Assembly (NCBI GenBank): GCA_963801605.1
Contig: CAWDFP010000006.1
Coordinates: 256,001-320,000, forward strand
Origin: an uncultured candidate division Zixibacteria bacterium
GTDB taxonomy: Bacteria > Zixibacteria > MSB-5A5 > UBA10806
Length of the DNA stretch: 64,000 nucleotides
Direction: 5' to 3'
A program made the translations under genes and the position numbers. Positions 1 to 10,478 of this stretch are shown piece by piece. The notes beneath the pieces were generated by a model. That model searched no databases. It was not told where the DNA came from and worked only from the letters and a program-made list of their open reading frames with translations. Within the stretch, counting starts at the first letter, position 1. Each line of letters starts with the position of its first letter.

Positions 1-1968
1 GGTATCGGTATTGACCAGGTATAGTATGACTCCCTTATCGTTGACCTGCGCTATGAGATCGACCTTGGGGTCGGATGTAGCTACCGGTGATGTAATCTTT
101 TGGGCGCTTAATATCGATTGGAGCATATCGAGTTTACCAGGCTCGAGCTTGGGCGAGATATCGAAAGTAAATAAATAAACAGTTCCGCTTCCAACCTTCT
201 TGGATGCTCCCAGTACCTTGGTGCCGGATTTCGCCAAAGCCTTCTCCGAGCCATGCGATGAGATAAAACCATAGCGGATAGCTCTAATAGTATTTTTATC
301 CCAGGCAACATTGCAGGGCTCCCAATCAAGCGTAGTGGACATTCCCAGTCCTTTGGCCAGAGTGCGGCAAGGATTGAACTGATCATCAAATTTGGGAAGA
401 AGGCCCACCAACACTACCGTTTTCCCGCCCTGAATAGCCTTTAGAATCATCTCCTGGCTTTTTTGCCCCATGTATTCGGCAGTGGGAATAAAATACAAGT
501 CTTTGTCTTCAAGCGAATTTTCGGAATCGATATCGACAACGGAATAATCATATTTGATATTCATCAGGTCTAACCCCAGAGGGTTCATGGTCTGACCGAT
601 TAGATCGTAGATATAGGAGAACTGGCCAGTCATCCCAAGATGATGCTGCATGAGATAAGGCTTGTGATAGCCAATTCCGACTCGCGAAACCGGTTTGGCG
701 GTATTTATGCCGATGTGTTCCAGCGCGACACTGACTTTGCGGACCATTTCGTAGTTTTCATTGACCGTGCCATCGAAACCGAGTGGCGAACCCAACCAGT
801 GATCTCGTCCCACGAACATATAATGATTCATCCCTTTGAGTCCGGCAGCCAGAGAACTGACTATCAGATATCTATGATACCTGGTGTTCATGGCGGCTGC
901 GTTTTTGGGCTCAGCCGGATGGCGATCTACGTTTTCGGTAGGGTAACCGGCATAAAGTTGCGGCGTCCAGGAAAATCCGGTTTTACTTCCCAGGTAGCGC
1001 AGATTACGGCCCAGGCGGCAGTAGTCTTTAGGATCGGGGACCTGCATTCCCAACAGCATTTTTTCGCCGGCCAGAGTATTCCAATCGGCGGGAAGGCTAA
1101 AATCGTCGGTCCAGGATAGATTGATGGCAAACAGACAGCCGACTCCCAACCCCTCAAGACGCTCCTTCATGGCCTGAATATATTTGGAAAGCACCTGACC
1201 TTTGAAATCGAGCCAGTCGAAATACTTGACCAAATCCTCGGGCTTTTTGGTTTCAATTCCGGTGGGTGGTTCGAGTGTCGCAAAACTTTTATTTTTCTTA
1301 CCGTAAGCCTCGGGAAGCTTGTCGGGCGTTTTATATTTTTCCTCGAGAAACTGATGATAATATTCCCCGATAATCTGGATGTTATAATCAGCGGCAAAGG
1401 GTCCGCTATTTCCCCCAAAGCTTAACTCTTCATCAAGCTGCATGATAAAAACCGGTCCTTTGGGGAAAATATAATTCTGTATGACTTCGATTAATCCGCC
1501 GAGGTACCGTTTGACGTGCCCCAGATATTTCGGATGCAGATAGCTTGGCTGGTAACTTTCGGGCACTCCGGGGCCGTTTTTGGCCATAACCAGTTCGCCT
1601 TTTTGATCGCGAGCAACAACGGCCTCATCAGTAAAGATATACTGCGGTAAGCCGCCATTAGACCATTCGGCCTTGATCCAGGGTCCCGGTCTTAAGATAA
1701 CCTTAAAACCAAACTCCCGGCAGAGTTCCAGGAACACGATGAGATCCTTTTCAGGGCCATTAATTCCCCTGAAATCGAACTCTCCGGGATGAACTTCATG
1801 GAGGTTCCAGGGAACAGAAGTTGAGATGATTCTGAAGCCGGCTTTCTTGATCCGTTCAAAACAGATGGACCAATAACGCTTCTCAACTCGAAAATAGTGC
1901 ATTTCGGCTGAGAACGGGAAAAACTCGTCTCGCCCAATGATGAATTTGTTTTCAATAATACCTAGCAT
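1..1968 (-). CDS. Glycoside hydrolase family 35 (beta-galactosidase/GlmA-like) protein, 3' end runs off the window
   Basis: Not in the ORF track because there is no stop before the window edge. Manual translation from ATG 1968: MLGIIENKFIIGRDEFFPFSAEMHYFRVEKRYWSICFERIKKAGFRIISTSVPWNLHEVHPGEFDF...VILRPGPWIKAEWSNGGLP, the typical GH35 N-terminal motifs. Later QLDEEL, DYN and NHYMFVG. Confidence 0.88.
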   Translation of the reverse strand, partial: MLGIIENKFIIGRDEFFPFSAEMHYFRVEKRYWSICFERIKKAGFRIISTSVPWNLHEVHPGEFDFRGINGPEKDLIVFLELCREFGFKVILRPGPWIKAEWSNGGLPQYIFTDEAVVARDQKGELVMAKNGPGVPESYQPSYLHPKYLGHVKRYLGGLIEVIQNYIFPKGPVFIMQLDEELSFGGNSGPFAADYNIQIIGEYYHQFLEEKYKTPDKLPEAYGKKNKSFATLEPPTGIETKKPEDLVKYFDWLDFKGQVLSKYIQAMKERLEGLGVGCLFAINLSWTDDFSLPADWNTLAGEKMLLGMQVPDPKDYCRLGRNLRYLGSKTGFSWTPQLYAGYPTENVDRHPAEPKNAAAMNTRYHRYLIVSSLAAGLKGMNHYMFVGRDHWLGSPLGFDGTVNENYEMVRKVSVALEHIGINTAKPVSRVGIGYHKPYLMQHHLGMTGQFSYIYDLIGQTMNPLGLDLMNIKYDYSVVDIDSENSLEDKDLYFIPTAEYMGQKSQEMILKAIQGGKTVVLVGLLPKFDDQFNPCRTLAKGLGMSTTLDWEPCNVAWDKNTIRAIRYGFISSHGSEKALAKSGTKVLGASKKVGSGTVYLFTFDISPKLEPGKLDMLQSILSAQKITSPVATSDPKVDLIAQVNDKGVILYLVNTDT

Positions 1969-2146
1969 CCGAAATTCCTTATATCAGGTTCTCGCCCCAA
2001 CAGCCAAGAAAACAAGTTACCATATTACCCCAATATATCCACAAAGTCAATTAAAAAAAGTTATCCGCTTATCATAAAATGTGTTACATTTTCATGTCAA
2101 ACTGGCAGTATAGGCTGTCATTTGAGCGAAAATGGCCATAAATATT

Positions 2147-2181
2147 AAGCCGGGCTCGCTTAATTTCGCGAGACCCGGCTT
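2147..2181 (-). terminator. Stem-loop downstream of the large Cys-rich dockerin gene
   Basis: Imperfect inverted repeat aagccgggctcgc / gcgagacccggctt about 70 nt past the stop at 2254. A second hairpin, cctaac..gttagg, lies at ~2192-2220. Confidence 0.55.
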
Positions 2182-2253
2182 AGTTATTCATCCTAACCTG
2201 TTTTAATAAAACATGTTAGGAAAGGCGTAAGCCCTATCCTTTGGGGATATTGC

Positions 2254-5200
2254 TTATTGGCCAGCTCCGTTCTGTGCAGGAGCATTAATGACAGGCGTTC
2301 CAGGGTTCAGAAGAATGTCGCCAGCAGGCAAGCAGTCGGGGCATCCATGAACCATCGGACCACCCTTGAAGTAGCTCACCATGAAGGTAACATCGAGACC
2401 GTTGAAGGAACAGGACGCATTAACGTCACCAGCGACAAACCAGGTATGACCAGGTGTGCATTCGCAGGAGTACGGCGGAGGCGGACCACCCTTGAAGTAA
2501 CCAACTGAGTAAGTTACGTCAAGACCGTTGAATACCTGACTGTTGTTGGCATCACCGACGTGATAGTTGCAGGTGCCGCCACCCGTAATCTGGAAGGTAA
2601 CGGGGATAGTGTGCACTGCAATTGTAGGCTCGTTGGTGGTAATAATGACTGCACCATAGTAGGTACCCACCGCGAGACCGGTACCGTTCATCATAACGTT
2701 CATCTGGGTAGTATTACCAGGAGCAACGCTGAATGAGGTCTGGTCGATTGTGAGCCATGGAGTAAAGGTGGTGCCCATTAAGCACAGCGAAAGGTCATAG
2801 GCGCCGACCGTAAATGTCGCACCGCCATCAGGCGATTGCAGCGACATCATATCGCCACCAAATGAATCCTGCCAGAGGAAGTTACAACCGTCAACGCTGA
2901 TATCCTGAACTGAAATCCAGCCAGAGAACAGGGTGACTTCTTCCGGTAGAGTAACATCGAATTCCACTTCCGGCCATCCATTGAAGAGATTACCGGTTTG
3001 GACTGGGCTGACAGAAACATCATAAGATGCAATCTCAGCGCCGGGGAATCCGCCAGCATCCTGATAGAACTTAACCTGGAGCATTGCAGGATCTTCAACG
3101 CATGAAGACCAACCAGCGTTGTATGTAAGCTGGAGACCCCATACCTTAACTTCGTTGATGTGAGCGGTTAGGCCAACGAAGCTCTCATAAGCAGTATATC
3201 CAAGCTCTGCAGAAGAAGTGGCAAATGTCCAAGCTTCATCAGGTAGAGTCGGACCCTGGGAGACGATCGAACCTTCGGGGCAACCCGGAGGAGGAGGAGG
3301 AGGTACGACGGCCGCTATATTCAGCGTGTAAGAGCCTGAGGCACCAGTATAACCATCAACAACAACCAGGATTTGCTGGCCGGCTAATAATGGAATGTTG
3401 GTGAGCTCTGACTGCAGACCGCAAGCGTCATCATTACCGCAGATGATGTCGGCCTCGGTAGGCTCGGTCGGGCAGGTGAAGTTGTAGAGAAGCAGACCGG
3501 AATCGTAACCGCTGCCGCAGAGCGAGAAGGTGTAGATGCTGTCATACGGAGCAGTCCACTTGAAGGTCACATCGGGGCCGGCGCAAGAGCCATTGGCGAA
3601 GAAGGAACCCTGCCAGCAGGCGGGCTGAGCAGTAAATGGACCGTAGTTATTTGCATAACCAGCAGTAGTACCAGCATCGCTGACTGGCTCGGTGTTGCCG
3701 AGATCGATGAAGTCGGCGCAGTTATCACCGCCCTGGAGAATCGCACGCTGATCCTTCGGGGGCATCGGGACTTCAACCTTCAACGGAGTTGGAGGAGCAG
3801 AAATTGCGCCCTTGTTATCAATCGGAGTGGGCGGCAGAGTCCGCAACGGTGATGGAGCCTGAATTGTGATATAAGCAGTACCGTCTAACTGAGCGTCACC
3901 AGTATTGCTAATGGTAAGAAGCTGGTTAGCGGAACCACCTGGCGCAGCCTGACCATTAACTTCGGTCGGGTTTACGCCAAAGATCGGTACGCCGCAAACG
4001 ATGGCGCCAGTGCAAGGCACGCCATCATCGGTGATATCGAGTTGGAAATCACCAGTAGCGCCGCCGTAACCCTGAACCAAAACCAGGTAGGTGGCTGTGG
4101 GATCGGAACACCAGCTAAGAGAGCTTCTTAAACCAAACTCAACGCAGTTATCATCATTACCGCCGACGCAGATCGGAGTCTCGCAGCTATAGCAGAAGAC
4201 GTTGATCTTGGTGTCATAGGTAGTGTAAGCATTACAGGTTGAGGCAGTCATGGTGTTGCCGGTACCTTGAACGCTGTACCAAATACCAGCGGCGTCAATT
4301 GTGGTTCCGCAAGTCGGGAACTCGGAATCGAGAGTAGCATCAGCTGTAGAGCCGACTTCCGTGCCGGGAACAGTCATTTGAATCGCGCCGCTGCACAGAT
4401 CGTTGGCAGGCGGAGGCGGGCAGGCGGTACCGTTTACATTAAGTGTATACGGGCCAACTGAGCCAGTGGCGGGATCGTTCATAACTGGATAATAATAAGT
4501 TCCGGCAGGAACGTGGCGGAATACGACAGTAACATTGCCGTCGGGGCAAGTTGTTACGTCGAACGAGAAGTAGGGGACAGTGCCGGTGCAGGGGCAATCG
4601 ATTGCCATGCCCAGCCAGGCATTACCGAAAGCAGGAGTGGTGCCGCAGTAATCGACTGTAATGTCGAGGCACTCTGTGGTGGTAAAGCCTTCCCATACAT
4701 TCGCGAAGGAAGAGAAGCTGGCGCAATCACCAATTGCTAATGCATTAGTGTTGTCACCGGTGAAGGTCAACGGTGTTCCAGCAACTAACGGTACTGGGAC
4801 CACGTTTTCGCACAGGTCGTTCGGAGGAGGAGGAGGAGGAGTAGTCAGGGTTACGGATGCCACATAGTCGGCTCCGCAAGGTACCCCTGTGAACACTGAC
4901 GGGCCGACCCACAACCAGTAGGTGCCGGCGGTCACGGTAGTGGAAATTGTAAGAGGAGTGCACTCGATTGCAGTGCCACTTGCGAGAGTAATTGCGCCGG
5001 CGCAACCATTGTTACCATCAAGGATGAACAGAAGCAGCGGGAATTCCGCATCGACTGTGAAATTGATGGTCTTGAGTTCGCTAACGGTCAACTGATACCA
5101 GTCGGTATCGCGATAGTTGAGGCCGGTGAACATGAATGTACCAGAAGTTCCGCAAATGACGTCGCCGTCAAAGAGATCCTGGAAAACCGCTGGGTCTGAA

Positions 5201-7214
5201 TTGCAGCCGCCATTGGTGACGTCAACATATTCGTCATAGCAAGTCGGCTCACCTTCGGGCACGCCCTCAGGAGGACAGGTAACGACGCACGGAGGTTCGT
5301 AAGTAACGTCGAGTTGGTATGGGCCGCAATAAGTGTCGCTAAAACCTTCCACGGTCAGATAAACTACGCCCGCGGTAAGATTAGTAACTCTAAGTTCGGA
5401 CATTAAGCCAGGGCAATTGAGGCCGTCGTCATTATAGCCCAGGTCCTGGGAACAGGGCGACGTACCGAGGTAAATATAGGAATCCCAATCGGTAGCTGAA
5501 TTGCACAAGCTGAATGTATAAGTACCATCATTGGGAAGTGTGATTTCCCAGATCTGATCTTCGGAAGCGCGCAAGGTGCAATTGTTGATAGCGCCGCAGG
5601 TATTGCCATCAGTCCAGGTACCGGGAGCGGTAACTTGGAAATCTGCTGTCGGCGGAGGAGGAGGATCAGTAACGGAAGCCGTAACATAGTACGGGGTTCC
5701 GCAGGTCACGCCTGTAAATACCGACGGACCTATGAAAATGTAATAATCGCCAGGATCAACCACGGCGGAAAGAACGCCGGTGGAGCATGGCAGAACGGTC
5801 AACGGGCCGGCAGTGACACCACCGGGGCAGGGAGCTGAAATGATGTACATTAACATCGGGAATTCAGCAACTGCTGTAGCGGTAATGGTCTTGCGCTCGG
5901 CAACCGAAAGGGTGTACCAATCGGTATCACGATATTGTAAACCGGTGAACAAGTATGTGCCGGCTGTTGCGCAGATGGTCTCGCCATCTACGATTGTTCC
6001 AAATACGTTTGGAGTGGAATTGCAGCCGCCATTGGTGACGTCAACATATTCGTCATAGCAATCGGGCTCGCCTTCCGGTGTATTTGGATCGGGGCATACT
6101 ACGTTGCACTCGGTGGCCGCATTAATGGTCAGCATGAAATCTGAAATGCAAGTGGGGGACGGCCAGGTATCAATCATAATATAATAAGTGCCCGCTGTAA
6201 GGTTAATTGCAGGAAATCCGTGCGGGGTAGAGCCGCCCATTGTGCTGGTGGCAATACAGGTTGTCGGATTTGGCGGGCAGGCGTTATCGATCAAAATACC
6301 AGTCCAGGTGGTACCAAGAGGATCAAGGTTGATTCCATAAGTACCATCTTCAGTAACGTCGAGCTGGTAGATGATGTCTTCGCCACCATCGTATGAACCC
6401 AGGCAGGTAGCATTATAATCGTCGAGTCTGCCGCAGGTATGGTTTTCGTCAGAATAGGGCAGCTGAGCAGGAAGAGTAACGACGATTGGGTCTGTGCAGT
6501 TGTCGCCGGGAGTCGGGGCAGGGGTTTCGGTAACGTTCAAAGTGTAGTCGCCGGTGTAAGTGCTGTAACCGGTAACAACAATGTAATAGGTGTGTCCGGC
6601 CAGAACAGGAACGTTATCGACTTCAGATGCGGTACCGCAGAAATCGTCGTTGCAGGCGATTTGCGTAGAAGCATCGCCGTCATAGATGGCAATGCCGGTG
6701 TCGAAAGTGGAGCCGCACAGGGAGGCGTTAATCGCACCATCAGCAGCGGGAGCGTAGAAGTATACCACGTCCGCACCGCTTGAACCCAGGCAGCTCGGGC
6801 TATAGTCGTGGGCATAGCCAACGTTTGTGCCAGCATCCGAATACGGAAGCGACGGAATCTCCGTGGCATCAGCAAAAGTATCGCCACCCTGGAGGATAAC
6901 TCTCTGGTCAACCGGAGGAAGAGTGCCGCCGGAAACCTTAACGATTTCTGGATGGACTGGCACTGTTGAGTTATCAGTAGCAGAGGTCATCGGCTGAGCC
7001 GAGGCTGGCTTAGCTTTCGAGGTTTGTTTTTGAACTACCGGCTGTAGATTGGTTGTTGCCTGATGAGTCGCATCAATAGCCGCTTGGGGAGAGGTAGAGC
7101 AGGACGGAGAGTAGTAACCTGAGGCTGCTCACCCTTTACCACGGAATTGCCTGCGAAAGCAAAGCTCCAACACAACAGCATAATAGCCAAAGACAATAGA
7201 AGAGTTTTCTTCAT
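2254..7214 (-). CDS. Large secreted Cys-rich multi-domain protein (repeated PPC-like/beta-sandwich modules, poly-Pro linkers) with C-terminal dockerin; one apparent frameshift at ~7100-7125
   Basis: Signal peptide MKKTLLLSLAIMLLCWSFAFA starts at 7214. The main frame (ORF 2254..6990) stays open upstream to ~7120 (STSPQAAIDATHQ...), so one frameshift joins the two. Repeated CNDDxCG / NDLCxxA / GTYYIxV motifs. C-terminal duplicated dockerin GDANNSQVFNGLDVTYSVGYFKGG / GDVNASCSFNGLDVTFMVSYFKGG. Confidence 0.85.
5198..6061. repeat. 45-bp identical direct repeat (5198-5242 and 6017-6061) marking an intragenic domain duplication
   Basis: gaattgcagccgccattggtgacgtcaacatattcgtcatagcaa occurs twice, 819 bp apart, and encodes CYDEYVDVTNGGCNS in both copies. 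Confidence 0.9.
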
Positions 7215-7539
7215 ATCGTTCTCCAATTAATCTTCAGTTTGAAAAAAAAGCGAAACTAACGAAACCTAAGGTCCTGATTTCCTGTTGGTTTTTTACGGTT
7301 TACGAAGAATAGAAGTCACTATAAAAAATGCAGCTTCTGCAATCACCTCCTTCGTTACTTTTAGTATTTGATTGATTTCTAAAATAAACATAAGTAGAAA
7401 TTAGCGTTGCTGATTTGCTTTGTAATTTCACTTTACCCGAAAGATCCTCCAGAGAAGTTGTCATTCTGGATATGCAGGAATATAGATTGATCCGCTATAA
7501 ATTAAAGCAGGACCCGTCACCAAATATCCCGCAACTGAT

Positions 7540-7567
7540 AATATAAGATTATCGAATATCTTGTCAA
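7540..7567 (-). promoter_or_regulatory. Sigma70-type promoter for the Cys-rich dockerin gene
   Basis: TTGACA-N16-TATATT on the minus strand. The same spacing and -10 occur at 27184-27211 and 39987-40014. Confidence 0.55.
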
Positions 7568-7642
7568 GCCAATTATCCAAAGTTCCCATCTTTTAAATTA
7601 GCTTTATTACACCCGAAAATGCCTCTTAATTCGATGAATTAT

Positions 7643-10432
7643 TTAGCGCTTGCAGTTCCCGGCAAAAGGCGGAGGACCTCCCTTTAAGAAGGTCACCAGG
7701 TAGGTGACATCCAAACCATTGACTGAGCATGAGCCATTGGCATCAGCGCGCAAAATAGGATCGGGGGGCGGCGGGCCTCCCTTCAGGTAGCTGATCAAAT
7801 AAACAACATCCAAACCGTTAACGTCACCCGAGCCGTTAGCGTCGCCAGGGACAAAGGTTGGCCCAATAAGTGTAGTATCCACAAGCGTTTGCGCTTCGGG
7901 AGCACCTGTAAACGGTTCAAGATTTCCGGCCAGATCGCGGGCTCGGGCCTCGAAATAATAAGTATGGCCATTTAATCCGGAGAATGTTGATGATAGTCCT
8001 GAAATGCCTATTCGCCAGTCAACCCAGGTTCCTCCGGATCCATCGCGCGAACGGACATCGTAAATGCCTGAGAGACCGGAACCTACATCGCCTCCCGTGC
8101 TCCAGCTGACATTGAAATTGAGCAAATTGGTCTGTTCCGGTGACGAGGCGACACATCCGGACGGCGGAACATTATCAAACTTGATCGTATCCTGAGCACG
8201 GTTCAGGCATGATTTATTTCCGGCGCCATCGACCAGCCACAGGTATAGAATTGACTGGCCGCTGACAAGGGCGGTGTAGCTTACCGGCGGAGTGCTGGAT
8301 AGATGTCCGGTGGTGTCGTTATCCGAACCTGGGACTGAACCAACTTTATAAAAGGCCTGAACAATACCGGAAGGATCTGTCGGGTTGGTCCAATTCAGGG
8401 AGAAGACCGGATTGGTCGTCCAGGTATGGGGCGTGATGGCGAAGCCAATCGGAGCATTAGGAGCGGTATTATCGAGGGTGAAAGCTCGGCTGGCATAAGT
8501 GGCAAAATTACCGGCAACATCCCGCGCTCTGACGCGCCAGAAAATCCGGCTATCGGCAGGTAAATTTGACGCTGGGGTATAATTCGTGATGGTTGTGGAA
8601 TCGTTAACCGTCTGCGGGTTGGCAAAAAGCGAATCTGTATCGATTTGAATGAAATATTTGCTGATGCCCGATCCGCCAACGTCAGTTACGGTCTGCCAGG
8701 AAAAAGCGGGACGGCGATTATTGGTGAAAGCGTTCTGGGCCGGGGCTACCAATACAGCCGTATTGGGCTTGCGGGTATCTATTTTGAATGATGAAGTTGG
8801 CGTGTAGCTTGTCCAAATCGTGCCGTTACCGGCTCTGGTTCGCCAGTACCAGGTACCGTCTATAAGGCTATCGGGCGATACATAGGTCGTATCCGTAATC
8901 GTGGAATCGTTGATATCGGGCGAAGCGAAGGTGGTCTGCTGATCGACCTGGAGATGGTAAACAGTCGCCTGGGCAGTATCAATCCAGATAAATGTGGGAT
9001 GAGGATTATTTATCCAAACCGCTGCGATGGGCGAAACGTTTATCGGCACCGCCACGGGTATCCCCAGGCCGGCTACCGCGCTGGCAGCATTGATTCGGCC
9101 ATGGCCAAGCTGATTGGGATAGCCCGGATTCAAGGAACTGATATCATCGGCGGTATTTTCAATGCGGGTTATCACTGCGGCCCGCGTCATCGACGGCGCG
9201 AGGGCTCGAATCAGCCCCACCAGCCCGACCACATGAGGGGCGGCCATCGAAGTGCCATCCATATAAGTATAGGTATCGTTAAAATAGGTCGAATAGATAT
9301 TGACTCCGGGAGCAGAGATATCAACCCAACTTCCGTAATTCGAAAAAGTAGCTTTATGATCGGTTTGGTCGGTCGCCGCCACCGCGACGACATCGCTTCT
9401 GGTGCAAAGATAAGGAGCAGTGGTATTATCATCGTTGCCGGCGGCTGAGACTATTACGATGCCGGCATTGGAGGCATGAGTGGCCGCTAAAGCAATACCG
9501 CCGGAATTATCTGATCCCCAGGAGCAATTAATCGCTTTGGCGCCATTGTCAGCGGCATAATCAAAAGCTGACGCCGCATAGCTCATCTGGACATAGCCGT
9601 TGCCATCGGTGCCTTCATAGCCGATTCTCAAACACATGATCGAACATTTAAAGCCCAAACCGGCGATGCCGGTGCTGTTGTTGGTTTCAGCCGAGGCGAT
9701 GCCGGCGCAGTGAGTCCCATGACCATAATGATCCATTGGATTATTATCCGGGACACTGCCATCATCGGTAGGATCGACCGGAGGCCAGAACGGGCTATCG
9801 ACCCAATCCCAGCCGCGGATATCATCGATATAGTTGTTGCCATCGTCGTCGATGCCATTGACGGGATCGTCAAAATTATACCAGATATTGCCATCGAGAT
9901 CGGGATGATCCCAGTCCACGCCGGTATCGGCAATTCCCAGAATGACTGTGGAATCGCCGCGGCCGACATCCCAGGCCTGGCGGGCGTCGATGGTTGTCAG
10001 CGCCCATTGAGAACTCAGGGAGGGATCGTTGGGACTATAAAAGACGCGGTGAATGCCATCAGGCTCGACATGCTCGATGGTGGCGAGCTTGGCGTAAGCT
10101 TCGAGGACTAACTCGAGATCAACCGTATTTTTAAATATCAACGAATAATATCCGGCCATAGCCTTTTCTCCACGCTTCTCTGCGCCGGGGAAAAGGGGAC
10201 GTATCCGAACAACTTCAAATTGACGATTTAAGGCATCAATATCCTGTAATCCGGTAACAATAATCCCCTGATTTACGACCGGAGATACGGGAGCATATTG
10301 AGGCTTAATTGCGATAACTATATTATTGGGAGAATAGGTAACACCATCTTCTAAGTACTTTGCATGGGATATGTTGGGGATCGAGACAAGTGCGGCTAGT
10401 AGTAATACCAGAGCCGCTCCATAGCATTTCAC
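7643..10432 (-). CDS. Secreted subtilase (S8) with propeptide, Fn3/Ig-like domains and C-terminal dockerin
   Basis: Signal peptide. Catalytic triad motifs GIADTGVD, GHGTHCAG, GTSMAAPHV and oxyanion SAAGN. Fn3-like WYWRTRA/FWRVRARD. Dockerin GDANGSGDVNGLDVVYLISYLKGG / ADANGSCSVNGLDVTYLVTFLKGG. Confidence 0.95.
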   Translation of the reverse strand: MKCYGAALVLLLAALVSIPNISHAKYLEDGVTYSPNNIVIAIKPQYAPVSPVVNQGIIVTGLQDIDALNRQFEVVRIRPLFPGAEKRGEKAMAGYYSLIFKNTVDLELVLEAYAKLATIEHVEPDGIHRVFYSPNDPSLSSQWALTTIDARQAWDVGRGDSTVILGIADTGVDWDHPDLDGNIWYNFDDPVNGIDDDGNNYIDDIRGWDWVDSPFWPPVDPTDDGSVPDNNPMDHYGHGTHCAGIASAETNNSTGIAGLGFKCSIMCLRIGYEGTDGNGYVQMSYAASAFDYAADNGAKAINCSWGSDNSGGIALAATHASNAGIVIVSAAGNDDNTTAPYLCTRSDVVAVAATDQTDHKATFSNYGSWVDISAPGVNIYSTYFNDTYTYMDGTSMAAPHVVGLVGLIRALAPSMTRAAVITRIENTADDISSLNPGYPNQLGHGRINAASAVAGLGIPVAVPINVSPIAAVWINNPHPTFIWIDTAQATVYHLQVDQQTTFASPDINDSTITDTTYVSPDSLIDGTWYWRTRAGNGTIWTSYTPTSSFKIDTRKPNTAVLVAPAQNAFTNNRRPAFSWQTVTDVGGSGISKYFIQIDTDSLFANPQTVNDSTTITNYTPASNLPADSRIFWRVRARDVAGNFATYASRAFTLDNTAPNAPIGFAITPHTWTTNPVFSLNWTNPTDPSGIVQAFYKVGSVPGSDNDTTGHLSSTPPVSYTALVSGQSILYLWLVDGAGNKSCLNRAQDTIKFDNVPPSGCVASSPEQTNLLNFNVSWSTGGDVGSGLSGIYDVRSRDGSGGTWVDWRIGISGLSSTFSGLNGHTYYFEARARDLAGNLEPFTGAPEAQTLVDTTLIGPTFVPGDANGSGDVNGLDVVYLISYLKGGPPPPDPILRADANGSCSVNGLDVTYLVTFLKGGPPPFAGNCKR

Positions 10433-10478
10433 AAGAAAATTCTCCTTTCTCGGTAGGGCCGATAACCTCGAGCAAGTT

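Noticed and set aside
108..1955. Five short ORFs listed at the window start
   Set aside because: They are shadows of the long GH35-like frame (1968 to <1), which lacks a stop inside the window.
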